From an uncultured Candidatus Saccharibacteria bacterium (GTDB lineage Bacteria > Patescibacteriota > Minisyncoccia > UBA6257 > JAUSGH01): 50,797 nucleotides of DNA. A program made the translations under genes and the position numbers. How positions within the stretch are numbered: the stretch's first letter is position 1; the number at the start of each line of letters is the position of its first letter. The DNA lies in NCBI GenBank assembly GCA_964360025.1, contig CAYHUD010000005.1, positions 1 to 50,797 on the forward strand. The letters run 5' to 3'. The notes under the pieces were generated by a model, which saw only the letters and a list, made by a program, of their open reading frames with translations, ran no database searches and was not told the DNA's origin. Positions 26,000-34,937 of the stretch are shown piece by piece.

Positions 26000-27523
26000 A
26001 TGTCCCAAGAGTCGTATAAGAAAATATTGGAAATCAGTTTTGTGCTCTTTGTCGGTGTAATCGTCGGAGCGCAAATATTATCAAACTCCGGCACCGTGAA
26101 CGCCATTACGCCCATACCCCTCCCATACTCGGAAGATTATGAATCTACCGCTACGGGTTCGTTGCCGAGTTCCCATGAACTTATTTCCGGCACCGCCTCG
26201 GTTGAGACGGGGACCCAGGCCAATGGCACGCCCGGGAAGATGATTAAGGCCTTGAGCGGCAGCTTGATCCGTCTTACCGGATTAGGAGATGTTGCCGATC
26301 TTAGTATGAGTTTTGACGTTAATGATGAGTACGAGAGCGCTATTTTTGGCGTTCGTATGTCGCCCAACGGCGACAATGGTTACTTGTATTATTACGAACC
26401 TTATTCAGCAGTTATCGTCATTTATCGCGTAGATGCCGGAACAAGGACTGAATTAACTAGAACCCAAGTTAGAAGCGGAGGAATTTGGTTCAGGCCGATT
26501 TTTGAAGTTCGAGGGAACGAGCTTCGGGCGGCAATTGTAGCTCATAATGGTATTGTTGGCGGTGAAGCAATTATTAAAGACGATACCTATATGACAGGGA
26601 GTATCTTCATGGGTAAAGATATCGGGCGCGGCGGAAAGGCGGCTCATATAGACAATCTTTTAATAGAGATTCCGTCTCCGCTCGTCGTCCAACCGGTTGC
26701 GTCAACGCCATTTTTCGCAACTCTTGAATCAACTGAGCTCGCGGTCATCGATGGTATCACACAGCATCCTAACCTGGACTTGGTAAGTGGCGGGAGTAAT
26801 ATTTTTACTACTACCCAGAAAGATGGTTTGTTGGGAAACACATTGTCGGTAGGCGGCGGTTCTCGCGAGGCGGTTAGAATATCTGCTCCGGCTGATGTCG
26901 TAGCATCTGCTGATATATACGACGGTTCGCAGGGCGGTATGATTGGAGTCAGACTCTCGCCTGATGGGAAAAACGGTTATGGTGTTTTCTATCACACATC
27001 ATTCCCGGCTCTCCAGATAGTGAAGTTAACCGACGGGGTGCGAACAGTTTTGGGTCAAGCGCCATTTGTCGTGCCGGCTAATGGTTGGAATAGAATCACG
27101 ATAATTGCGCAGGGATCTTCTCTCACCGCTAAGACCGAAGATGGTGCCGAGGTTTCGGCAATTGATAGCTCATATACGGATGGAGGTATCGCTTTAATGA
27201 AAGAGTCGGGGTGGGGCAGCGACGTGGCGCGTTTTGATAATATTTCTATTCAAGAATTTGACAACGATAATGATGGCGTAGCCGATTCGGCGGATAGCTG
27301 CCCGAATACTTTAGTGGATGTCGATCCGGAGGTGAATCATTATGGTTGGGTTGGCGGAGCATATTTTAAGACCCGTAATTCTAAAACTAAGCTCTTGGTT
27401 GATAGCAGCTATTCAATGATCGCGACAAGGGGCTGTTCATGTGCTCAAATTATGACATTAAAATCAGGAGGAGATTCGAGTGGGGGCTGCAGCAAGGGGA
27501 CGATGGATAACTTCGTTAATTAG
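26000..27523 (+). CDS. Exported protein with two ConA/lectin-like beta domains and a TSP3-type Ca-binding motif
   Basis: N-terminal TM; internal duplication GVRMSPNGDNGY / GVRLSPDGKNGY; DNDNDGVADSADSCPNT. Confidence 0.75.
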   Translation: MSQESYKKILEISFVLFVGVIVGAQILSNSGTVNAITPIPLPYSEDYESTATGSLPSSHELISGTASVETGTQANGTPGKMIKALSGSLIRLTGLGDVADLSMSFDVNDEYESAIFGVRMSPNGDNGYLYYYEPYSAVIVIYRVDAGTRTELTRTQVRSGGIWFRPIFEVRGNELRAAIVAHNGIVGGEAIIKDDTYMTGSIFMGKDIGRGGKAAHIDNLLIEIPSPLVVQPVASTPFFATLESTELAVIDGITQHPNLDLVSGGSNIFTTTQKDGLLGNTLSVGGGSREAVRISAPADVVASADIYDGSQGGMIGVRLSPDGKNGYGVFYHTSFPALQIVKLTDGVRTVLGQAPFVVPANGWNRITIIAQGSSLTAKTEDGAEVSAIDSSYTDGGIALMKESGWGSDVARFDNISIQEFDNDNDGVADSADSCPNTLVDVDPEVNHYGWVGGAYFKTRNSKTKLLVDSSYSMIATRGCSCAQIMTLKSGGDSSGGCSKGTMDNFVN

Positions 27524-27569
27524 CCCCTCCTTGATTTATTAATGGTAGTATGCTATTCTGAATTCAGAA

Positions 27570-27662
27570 TGAGTGCAGTATTCCCGAGCGGCAACGTTTA
27601 GGAATGCCACGACTTACTTCTATTTGTGGCTAAATCCCTCGCTTTGCGGGGGATTTGGTTTT
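27570..27662 (+). other. Possible small non-coding transcription unit
   Basis: TGnTATTCT extended -10-like site upstream, gtattcc/ggaatgc stem, terminal aaatccctcgc/gcgggggattt hairpin with Ts; only a 10-codon ORF. Confidence 0.3.
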
Positions 27663-27700
27663 TAAGTTGCCGAAAAAAATAGAAGCATTATACTTATTGC

Positions 27701-27876
27701 ATAACCGCTTTCTTGGTTTCAGAATTGGCCGCGAGTAAGCACTTCGAATAAGCTATAGATTTTTTTGTGGGTTGTAAGGAGAGCACTCGTTTAACACAAA
27801 TAGAAAAGGAGGTCACCACTTACAACCCACAAAGAAATTTATCTGCGGCCAATTTTGTAGCCGAGGAAGCGGTTTT
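27701..27876 (+). ncRNA. Candidate ~175-nt rod-shaped structured RNA (6S-like size)
   Basis: ttgccg-16nt-tatact promoter just upstream; ~30-bp closing stem with G-U pairs; second ~24-bp stem; ends in Ts. Confidence 0.45.
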
Positions 27877-27886
27877 GCCGGTTAAC

Positions 27887-28846
27887 ATGCTACAATCCAA
27901 TGTTAAATTAAGCCAATTCAGTAATTATAAAATCGGAGGCAATGCCGGATATTTTTTTGAGGCGAAGAATACAGAAGAGATTATCAGCGCCCTCGCTTAT
28001 TGGCGGTCAAAATCTTTAGCTGGGTTTGGTAAGCGCGTTTCTTCAAAAAACCTTTTTATTCTCGGAGGTGGCACAAATATCTTAGTTGATGACAAGGGAT
28101 TTAATGGCTTAGTTCTTAAGCCCGGGCTTGTTTCTCTATCGGCGGAAGATTGTTTGATAAAGGCGGGATCCGGCGTAGCGATGAAAGACCTCCTTGATTT
28201 CGCAGCGGAGCGCGGGCTTTCCGGACTGGAATGGGCGGGCGGATTACCCGGAACTTTAGGGGGTGCGATTCGCGGCAACGCCGGGGCTTTCAGTGGGGAG
28301 ATTAAAGATTCTGTTTTTGAGGTAACAAGCTTGGATATCTCCCGAAAAACACCTAGGGTTATCGAAAGATTGGCCAATGAATGCGGATTTGGTTATAGAA
28401 CCAGCATTTTTAAAGAACACAACGGGAAAGAAATAATTTTGGAGGCATCGTTGGCTCTGAAAAAAGGCGATCCCAAAGTCATTAAGGCAGCGGCTGATGA
28501 AAAAATAGCTTTTCGCAACGCCCGTCATCCTATGGATTACCCCAGCATCGGCAGTATTTTTAAAAATGTTGATTTGCGGCTTATTCCGAAACGCCGACAT
28601 AAAGAATTTGAGGATAAGGTGAAGGCAGACCCTTTTCCGGTCGTTCCCGTCGCCTATCTTTTAGCTGAGTCGGGTCTTAGAGGTGTAAGCTTCGGAGGAG
28701 CGATGATTTCACCCAAGCACCCCAACTTTATTGTGAATGTTCTCGCGGCTTCTTCAAATGACGTCAAGGCGCTGATTAAATTAGCTAAAGCTACCATTAA
28801 AGAAAGGTTTGATATAGGATTAGAAGAAGAAATAATATACTTGTAA
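27887..28846 (+). CDS. murB: UDP-N-acetylmuramate dehydrogenase
   Basis: YKIGGNA, LGGGTNIL, GLEWAGGLPGTLGGAIRGNAGA, FGYRTSIF, PSIGSIFKN, HPNFIVN; true start likely ATG 27887. Confidence 0.95.
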   Translation: MLQSNVKLSQFSNYKIGGNAGYFFEAKNTEEIISALAYWRSKSLAGFGKRVSSKNLFILGGGTNILVDDKGFNGLVLKPGLVSLSAEDCLIKAGSGVAMKDLLDFAAERGLSGLEWAGGLPGTLGGAIRGNAGAFSGEIKDSVFEVTSLDISRKTPRVIERLANECGFGYRTSIFKEHNGKEIILEASLALKKGDPKVIKAAADEKIAFRNARHPMDYPSIGSIFKNVDLRLIPKRRHKEFEDKVKADPFPVVPVAYLLAESGLRGVSFGGAMISPKHPNFIVNVLAASSNDVKALIKLAKATIKERFDIGLEEEIIYL

Positions 28847-28847
28847 T

Positions 28848-29210
28848 ATGCGCACAAACATTAAATACACTAATTTAGACTCTACGCCCGCGATGGAGGA
28901 GTATGTAATGATGAAAATCGGTTCTCTGGATAAGTTTATCGGATCAATGCACGGAGCCGAGGCCTTAGAGGCATATGTGGAGATAGCGAGAACTAGCAAG
29001 CATCATCAAAAAGGTGATGTTTTTCGTGCCGAGTGTAATTTAGAGCTTCCCGGAAAACTTTTGCGCGCGGAGTATGAGGACTGGGATGCGCGTCGGGCGG
29101 TAGATGAGGTGCGGAAAATTATGGAAATGGAAATTAGGAAATATAAGGAAATTGTGCGAGCGCAGGACTCCGGTGGCGCAAAAGAAGCGCGCGAATTGCG
29201 TGGGAAGTAG
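28848..29210 (+). CDS. hpf: Ribosome hibernation factor HPF/RaiA (short form)
   Basis: TPAMEEYV..KI..L.KF, HHQKGDVFRAE.NL.LPGK.LRAE; upstream of secA. Confidence 0.88.
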   Translation: MRTNIKYTNLDSTPAMEEYVMMKIGSLDKFIGSMHGAEALEAYVEIARTSKHHQKGDVFRAECNLELPGKLLRAEYEDWDARRAVDEVRKIMEMEIRKYKEIVRAQDSGGAKEARELRGK

Positions 29211-29233
29211 CGCGGTGGTAGAATATAGCCACT

Positions 29234-31615
29234 ATGAACTTATTTGGCTTTTTCGGGCCGGAAAGGAAATTAAGAAAAATCGTTGCCGGTATCAACGCCC
29301 TAGAGGGGGAAATTTCCGCGCTTGGCGACGAGTTTTTGCTGAACGAAAGCCGTAAACTTCAAGAACGCGCCAAATCCGGCGAGGATTTGAACGTTCTTCT
29401 AGCGCGCGCTTTTGCGCTTATCCGCGAGGCGGCAAAGCGTCGCCTCGGACAGCGTCATTACGACGAACAGCTGATGGGGGGTATTGCCCTTGCGAATGGC
29501 AAGATAGCGGAAATGCGCACCGGAGAGGGAAAGACACTGGCGGCAACCGCCCCGGTTTATTTAAATGCTCTGCATAAAAAGGGCGCGCATGTTGTAACGG
29601 TTAACGAATATTTGGCAAAACGCGATGCGGTGTGGATGGGGCAGATTTACCACGCGCTGGGTATGAGAGTTGCTTGTTTGGTTCATGAGGGCGCGCTTCT
29701 TTATGACCCCGATTTTTATCCCGTGAAAGATCCACAAGCCGAGTCAGCGCTTCTGGATAAAGAACGCGATACTACCGGAAGTTTCGTCGTGCAGGAGGCG
29801 TATCTTCGTCCCATCTCGCGGCGCGAGGCATATATGGCGGATATTACCTATGGCACCAATCATGAGTTTGGCTTTGATTATTTACGGGATAATTTGGCGT
29901 ATAAGCCGGAAGATCAAGTCCAGCGGGGATGGAGCTATGCCTTGATCGACGAAGTGGACAGTATTTTAATTGATGAAGCGCGTACGCCGCTTATTATTTC
30001 CGCGCCCGATGCCGAGTCCAGCGATTTTTATAAAACTTTCGCGCGTATCGCTTCTCGTTTGGAAAAAGGAGCGGATTATATTGTAGATGAAAAACGTCAC
30101 TCGGCGGATATTACGGATGGGGGCATCACGAAAGTGGAGAGGGAATTGAATCTTAAAAATCTTTATGGTCCGGAGAACAGCCGTCTTACCCACTATCTTC
30201 AGGAGTCGCTTAAGGCATATGGATTATACGCAAAGGACAAGGATTATGTGGTTAAGGACGGCGAGATTATTATTGTTGATCAGTTCACGGGGCGGTTGAT
30301 GCACGGGCGGCGCTACTCCGGCGGTCTGCATCAGGCGATAGAAGCGAAGGAGGGCGTGGCGGTGCAGAAAGAATCGCGGACATACGCGCAGATTTCTATT
30401 CAAAACTATTTCCGGCTTTATAAAAAACTAGGGGGCATGACCGGCACGGCGCAAACATCAGCCGAGGAGTTTGATAAGGTTTATAAACTTGATGTCGTTA
30501 CCATTCCCACGCATAGTCCGATGGTACGCAAAGACGCGCCGGATTTGATCTATAAAACCGCGGCGGCAAAATACATAGCGATAGCGGAGGATATTAAAGA
30601 AAGGCATAAAAAAGGCCAGCCGGTTTTGCTCGGCACCGTATCTATTGAAAAAAACGAACTGGTTTCCAAGCTTTTGCGGCAAGCCGGTGTGCCGCACGAA
30701 ATGCTTAATGCAAAAAATCACGAACGCGAGGGCGCGATCATTGCCCAAGCCGGAAAACCAGGCGCAGTGACGGTCGCGACCAACATGGCTGGTCGTGGTG
30801 TAGATATTATTTTAGGCGGCAATCCACCAAATAAAGCGGAAAGCGAAAAGGTGAAAGCGACGGGGGGACTGCATGTCATCGGCACGGAGCGGCACGAAGC
30901 GCGCCGCATTGATAACCAGCTAAGAGGCCGCGCGGGACGTCAGGGAGACATGGGCTCTTCCCAGTTTTTTCTTTCGGTGGAGGATGATTTGATGCGTGTT
31001 TTCGGCGGAGATCGTCTAAAAAACCTAATGGCACGGCTGGATGTGCCCGAAGATATGCCGATTAGTTCGCGTATAGTTTCTCGCGCCATCAGCGAGGCGC
31101 AGAGCCGGGTGGAGGGCTTTCATTTTGACGCTAGAAAACATTTACTGGAATATGACGATGTTTTAAATCGCCAGCGTTTGACTATTTATAAAAAACGCCA
31201 GGAACTTCTCGCGTCCTTAGCACACCCCCAGATTTTAGCCTTCTTAGATATGTTGTGGATGAATCATTTGACTGATATGGAGGCGCTCTCTGACGCCGTG
31301 CGGCTTCGCGCCTACGGCCAGCATGATCCGCTTGCCGAATATAAACGGGAGGGTCACCAGATGTTTCAGGCGCTTCTCGCCAGTTTTGAGCAATGGTATA
31401 CGGAGAATAAAGACAAATTTGCCGTCAGTCATCCTGAGCGCGGCGAAGGATCTCGTTCCGCTATTACCAACGGAAACCCAAATTCCAAAATTAGAAATTT
31501 GAAATTGGATATTGGAAATTCCCAACCAAAGGTTGGCCGTAACGACCCGTGTCCGTGCGGAGCGAAAAAGGAAGACGGAACGCCGGTAAAGTATAAACAT
31601 TGTCATGGGAAATAA
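29234..31615 (+). CDS. secA: Preprotein translocase ATPase SecA
   Basis: EMRTGEGKT, VVTVNEYLAKRD, DEVDSILIDEARTPLIIS, ATNMAGRGVDI, RIDNQLRGRAGRQGD, GRNDPCPCG SEC-C motif. Confidence 0.98.
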   Translation: MNLFGFFGPERKLRKIVAGINALEGEISALGDEFLLNESRKLQERAKSGEDLNVLLARAFALIREAAKRRLGQRHYDEQLMGGIALANGKIAEMRTGEGKTLAATAPVYLNALHKKGAHVVTVNEYLAKRDAVWMGQIYHALGMRVACLVHEGALLYDPDFYPVKDPQAESALLDKERDTTGSFVVQEAYLRPISRREAYMADITYGTNHEFGFDYLRDNLAYKPEDQVQRGWSYALIDEVDSILIDEARTPLIISAPDAESSDFYKTFARIASRLEKGADYIVDEKRHSADITDGGITKVERELNLKNLYGPENSRLTHYLQESLKAYGLYAKDKDYVVKDGEIIIVDQFTGRLMHGRRYSGGLHQAIEAKEGVAVQKESRTYAQISIQNYFRLYKKLGGMTGTAQTSAEEFDKVYKLDVVTIPTHSPMVRKDAPDLIYKTAAAKYIAIAEDIKERHKKGQPVLLGTVSIEKNELVSKLLRQAGVPHEMLNAKNHEREGAIIAQAGKPGAVTVATNMAGRGVDIILGGNPPNKAESEKVKATGGLHVIGTERHEARRIDNQLRGRAGRQGDMGSSQFFLSVEDDLMRVFGGDRLKNLMARLDVPEDMPISSRIVSRAISEAQSRVEGFHFDARKHLLEYDDVLNRQRLTIYKKRQELLASLAHPQILAFLDMLWMNHLTDMEALSDAVRLRAYGQHDPLAEYKREGHQMFQALLASFEQWYTENKDKFAVSHPERGEGSRSAITNGNPNSKIRNLKLDIGNSQPKVGRNDPCPCGAKKEDGTPVKYKHCHGK
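31428..31522. repeat. REP half-element plus heptamer tract inside the secA C-terminal linker
   Basis: gtcatcctgagcgcggcgaaggatctc is 25/27 identical to 45452-45478; followed by aaatttg aaattgg atattgg aaattcc. Confidence 0.8.
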
Positions 31616-31618
31616 ATT

Positions 31619-31795
31619 ATGATCGGAGAAATAAAACACACACCGGAAAATAGATTGACTCCCGAGGATTTGAAGAAATTGCGGGCGACGTCGGAAGTCC
31701 ATCCGGTTAGCGATGTGAAAGAAGCGCAAAAACTCAAGAAAGTTAAAGATCGTAAAGAAGAAGGCAAGGGGGATATTATTGATATTCAAGCCTAA
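31619..31795 (+). CDS. Small hypothetical protein (58 aa, below track cut-off)
   Basis: MIGEIKHTPENRLTPEDLKKL...DIQA*, starts 3 nt after the secA stop. Confidence 0.5.
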   Translation: MIGEIKHTPENRLTPEDLKKLRATSEVHPVSDVKEAQKLKKVKDRKEEGKGDIIDIQA

Positions 31796-31811
31796 ACCGG
31801 CACGCTTCTTT

Positions 31812-32006
31812 ATGAGACCAATCTATTGGGGAATTATATTTTTTATAATCGGAGCTCTGGGATGGGTTACATCCGTCGTGTTTGCCGTGGTCACACTTGG
31901 TAAATTTAAATTACTGGCTAATATCTTTGGCTACATATTCTTAACCAGTTTGCCCGCGGCTTTGTTGGGGGAGCTTGTGGGGTGGATAGCAAAGAGGAGG
32001 AAATAA
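31812..32006 (+). CDS. Small two-TM membrane protein
   Basis: MRPIYWGIIFF...; two hydrophobic helices and a basic tail. Confidence 0.6.
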   Translation: MRPIYWGIIFFIIGALGWVTSVVFAVVTLGKFKLLANIFGYIFLTSLPAALLGELVGWIAKRRK

Positions 32007-32087
32007 AAAAGCTGTAAGTGCCAAGATGATAGAGAACTATAAGAAAAAAATATTTTATATATAATGGCATTTTTTAATGCAAGCGAT

Positions 32088-32136
32088 ATTTAAAAAATTT
32101 AAATCTCTAGACATTTAAATATTTAAAGATTTAAAT
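32088..32136. repeat. Degenerate 8-mer (ATTTAAAT) tandem tract upstream of the four-helix-bundle gene
   Basis: atttaaat atttaaag atttaaat etc.; the same motif recurs inside the gene at about 32410-32437. Confidence 0.6.
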
Positions 32137-32143
32137 ACAGGAT

Positions 32144-32611
32144 ATGGCCACCGTCGAAAAATTTGAAGATTTATTTTGCTGGCAGAGAGCCAGAGAGCTC
32201 ACTAAGTATGTATATCAGGCATTTAGAAGTTGCGGAGATCCCGGTTTCAAGGATCAGATTCAGCGCGCCTCCGTATCTGTAATGAGTAATATCGCGGAGG
32301 GTTTTGAGCGCGGCACGCAGGCCGAATTTGTTAATTATCTTTTTATTGCCAAGGGTTCGGCGGGGGAGGTGCGTTCGCAATTATATGCCGCTTTTGATAT
32401 AAATTACTTAAATATTGAAAGATTTAAATATTTAAATAATCTTGCGGTTGAATGTTCTCGCCTCATTCAGAGTTTTGCAACTAAACTAAAAATGGAAGAC
32501 AGGCGCGGTTCGCAGTTTAAAAAAGTTTATAAAAAAGAAGAAACACCGGAAGAATTTCTGAAAAAATACGCCCCCGAACATTACGAAAAGATTTATGGCG
32601 GTAAAGTTTAA
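32144..32611 (+). CDS. Four-helix-bundle protein (23S rRNA IVP / Avd-like family)
   Basis: FEDL.CWQRA, KDQIQRASVSVMSNIAEGFER, YL.IAKGSAGEVRSQL. Confidence 0.92.
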   Translation: MATVEKFEDLFCWQRARELTKYVYQAFRSCGDPGFKDQIQRASVSVMSNIAEGFERGTQAEFVNYLFIAKGSAGEVRSQLYAAFDINYLNIERFKYLNNLAVECSRLIQSFATKLKMEDRRGSQFKKVYKKEETPEEFLKKYAPEHYEKIYGGKV

Positions 32612-32615
32612 CAAC

Positions 32616-32831
32616 ATGCTTAAACCGGGAAAATACAGGCATTACAAAGGCAAGGAATACGAAGTGATCGGCACCGCAAAGCACAGCGAAACCCTGGAAG
32701 AAATGGTGGTTTATAAAGCTCTTTATGGCGAGGGACAAATTTGGGTGCGGCCGGCCGCGATGTTTCTTGAAGAAGTTCAGAAGGACGGTTATCGCGGCCC
32801 GAGATTTATTTGGATAGGGGACGGGGAATAA
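32616..32831 (+). CDS. DUF1653 domain protein
   Basis: GKYRHYKGKEYEV, HSETLEEMVVY.ALYG, WVRP..MF. Confidence 0.9.
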   Translation: MLKPGKYRHYKGKEYEVIGTAKHSETLEEMVVYKALYGEGQIWVRPAAMFLEEVQKDGYRGPRFIWIGDGE

Positions 32832-32843
32832 TAATTTACAACT

Positions 32844-33466
32844 ATGGCTCAGAATTTCGAAAAAAAGATCCATCAGCAAATCGCTAATTTCGTATACGAA
32901 ACAAGCATTCACAGCAAAACACCGCGTTCCGGATTTTGGTTTTTAGGAAGCGGAGAGCAATCGGTGGCGGAGCATTTGTTCCACACGGCGATGATTGCCT
33001 ATGCTCTTGCATATCTAGAGCCGAAAGCGGATAAGCATAAAGTGATACTTATGGCTCTCGTTCACGACTTGGGCGAGGGTAGAACCTCCGATCATAATTA
33101 TGTCCATCAGCGTTATGGCCGCCTGGCCGAAAGTGAAGCAGTGGCGGATATTTCCCGGAGTGTTCCTTTTGGCACGGAAATATTGGAGCTTTTCAAGGAG
33201 GAGCAGGAGCGTAAGACGCTGGAAGCGATGCTTGTTAAGGACGCCGATCAGCTGGAGTGGCTAGTTTCTTTGCGTGGCGAGGAGGAGAAGGGTAACACCA
33301 AGGCCGACGGGTGGATAAAGACAGCCGCGAAACGGTTAAAGACAAAAGCTGGAAAAAATTGGCTCAAGTTTTGATAAAAACGCCGGTTGATGCCTGGTGG
33401 TGCAACTTGAAAGATCCGTGGTTTGTGAGCAGAAAAGAAAAAGACCGGAAGTGGGAAAAGAAATAA
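32844..33466 (+). pseudogene. HD-domain hydrolase with frameshift near the C-terminus
   Basis: RSGFWFLG, QSVAEH, VHD, DADQLE; adding one A to the A6 run at 33353-33358 gives GKKLAQVLIKTPVDAWW... to a stop at 33466 (as read, it stops at 33374). Confidence 0.7.
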
Positions 33467-33494
33467 AAAAAGTCGCTCGTTGTGAGCGACGGGG

Positions 33495-33719
33495 CTAGGT
33501 TTTTGGTTTCCAGAGGGCGCAGCGCGTGATCATCATGGCGATATTGTCACGAACGCAAAGAGGATAGAGAATAGAGGCAATCTGACAGTTAGTTACCTCT
33601 CCGGGTTTGAGATTGTTGCAATTCGTACAAAGACATTCTTCGCGGCGCATGGGCTCCATAGTCGGATTTACCCAAACATCAACACCGTAGTGTTCCTCCT
33701 GTTTCGGACTTTCTTTCAT
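33495..33719 (-). CDS. Small Cys-rich hypothetical protein
   Basis: MKESPKQEEHYG...CLCTNC...C...C...C; purine-rich RBS before ATG 33719. Confidence 0.6.
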   Translation of the reverse strand: MKESPKQEEHYGVDVWVNPTMEPMRREECLCTNCNNLKPGEVTNCQIASILYPLCVRDNIAMMITRCALWKPKT

Positions 33720-33730
33720 ACAGCCCCTCT

Positions 33731-34330
33731 CTAGTAGGGTTTGGGATTTCCATCGGCGTCGCGGATCATATCTGTGGTCTCCGCGACGTTTAGGATATTC
33801 CACCACGTGAAGTTATATACCGGAGCGATCAGCCCCTCCGGCGATATCTGCCAGATGGGGGCGTTGCGCTCGGCGAGCTTCCTCGCTTCTTGAAATGTTC
33901 CCGCGCCCCAAGATCCCGAGCGGAAGGGGAGGAATATGCCGCCATTGCAATATGGCAGAACCTTCTCGTAAAAGTATTGCATGCCGTTGCCGTATTCCTT
34001 TTTATATCGAGCGTATCCTCCGGCGTGATCTTCTTGATTCGGATTTTCTATGATAGAACCAAGAAAAGACTCGGTGATTTTTTTGAGCAGGAACTGCTCC
34101 AGATCCGTATTGTAAGTATTCACAGGATGGCCAAAGTAGATGCGCGAAAGAATCACGGGGTAATCTTTTCTTCTAAGGGTGACGCAGTCGTAATATCCAC
34201 CATCAGCGCCCTCTTTGGGTTCAACTACGGCAATAACCTCCGTTATCAGTTGATTATTGTTATAAATCTTTACCCCAGCGGGTTCTCTGCAACATCCCGA
34301 TTCCGACTTGATTTCTATTCGGATTGCCAT
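33731..34330 (-). CDS. Hypothetical protein (C-terminal part resembles a nucleoside deoxyribosyltransferase/TIR-like fold)
   Basis: IYFGHP..TY, IENPN, C.G.IFL, G.GT..EA pattern; RBS present. Confidence 0.55.
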   Translation of the reverse strand: MAIRIEIKSESGCCREPAGVKIYNNNQLITEVIAVVEPKEGADGGYYDCVTLRRKDYPVILSRIYFGHPVNTYNTDLEQFLLKKITESFLGSIIENPNQEDHAGGYARYKKEYGNGMQYFYEKVLPYCNGGIFLPFRSGSWGAGTFQEARKLAERNAPIWQISPEGLIAPVYNFTWWNILNVAETTDMIRDADGNPKPY

Positions 34331-34450
34331 AGACCCCCCTTAGTTTGGACTGGTAGGAACTACGACCATTATGTCAGATGCTTTAACCAGAGTCAACGGA
34401 CGTCGTCAAGTGTGGAAAAATAATTATAAGATGTTAATATTTTGATATAT

Positions 34451-34825
34451 ATGAAACGGATATTGATTGCCGAGGATGAAAGTTTTTTAGCCAAGGCTCT
34501 TAAGGACAATTTGAAAGCGGAGGGTTATGCCGTAGATATTGTTCCTGACGGTGATGGGGCGATAAATTATTTACGTACAAAAAAAGTGGATATTATTTTG
34601 CTTGATTTGTTAATGCCCAAAAGGGACGGATTTTTTGTTTTGGAAGAGATTAAAAAGAATCCCGAATGTAGGAATATCCCCGTTATCGTGCTCTCTAATC
34701 TGGGAGGGGATACGGAAATTAAGCGCGCGTTGGAGATGGGCGCGGTGGAATATTTTGTGAAATCACAGCACCCCATTAGCGAAGTAGTGGAGAAGGTTAA
34801 GAAAATCAGCGAAGGGCTCCGATAA
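34451..34825 (+). CDS. Stand-alone response regulator receiver
   Basis: ILIAEDE, DIILLDLLMPKRDG, PVIVLSNL, GAVEYFVK. Confidence 0.92.
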   Translation: MKRILIAEDESFLAKALKDNLKAEGYAVDIVPDGDGAINYLRTKKVDIILLDLLMPKRDGFFVLEEIKKNPECRNIPVIVLSNLGGDTEIKRALEMGAVEYFVKSQHPISEVVEKVKKISEGLR

Positions 34826-34937
34826 ATTTTGGGAATAGTTATGCACAGATGCGGTCATTGCGTGTTTAAAGCATAAGCGTAAAATTATAAATATATAAAA
34901 GTCATTTTAATAAAATAATAAAAATTAAATATAAATC

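Noticed and set aside
27767-27886. N-terminal extension of MurB
   Set aside because: It lies within the long RNA hairpin; MurB similarity starts at ATG 27887.
29718-29731. atcccgtgaaagat in secA as another CCCGTTAGA end
   Set aside because: Two mismatches and no partner end; chance similarity cannot be excluded.
32144-32611. This gene as the DGR's Avd
   Set aside because: It has IVP-type motifs (SNIAEG, GSAGE), lies about 18 kb away, and a proper Avd sits beside the TR.
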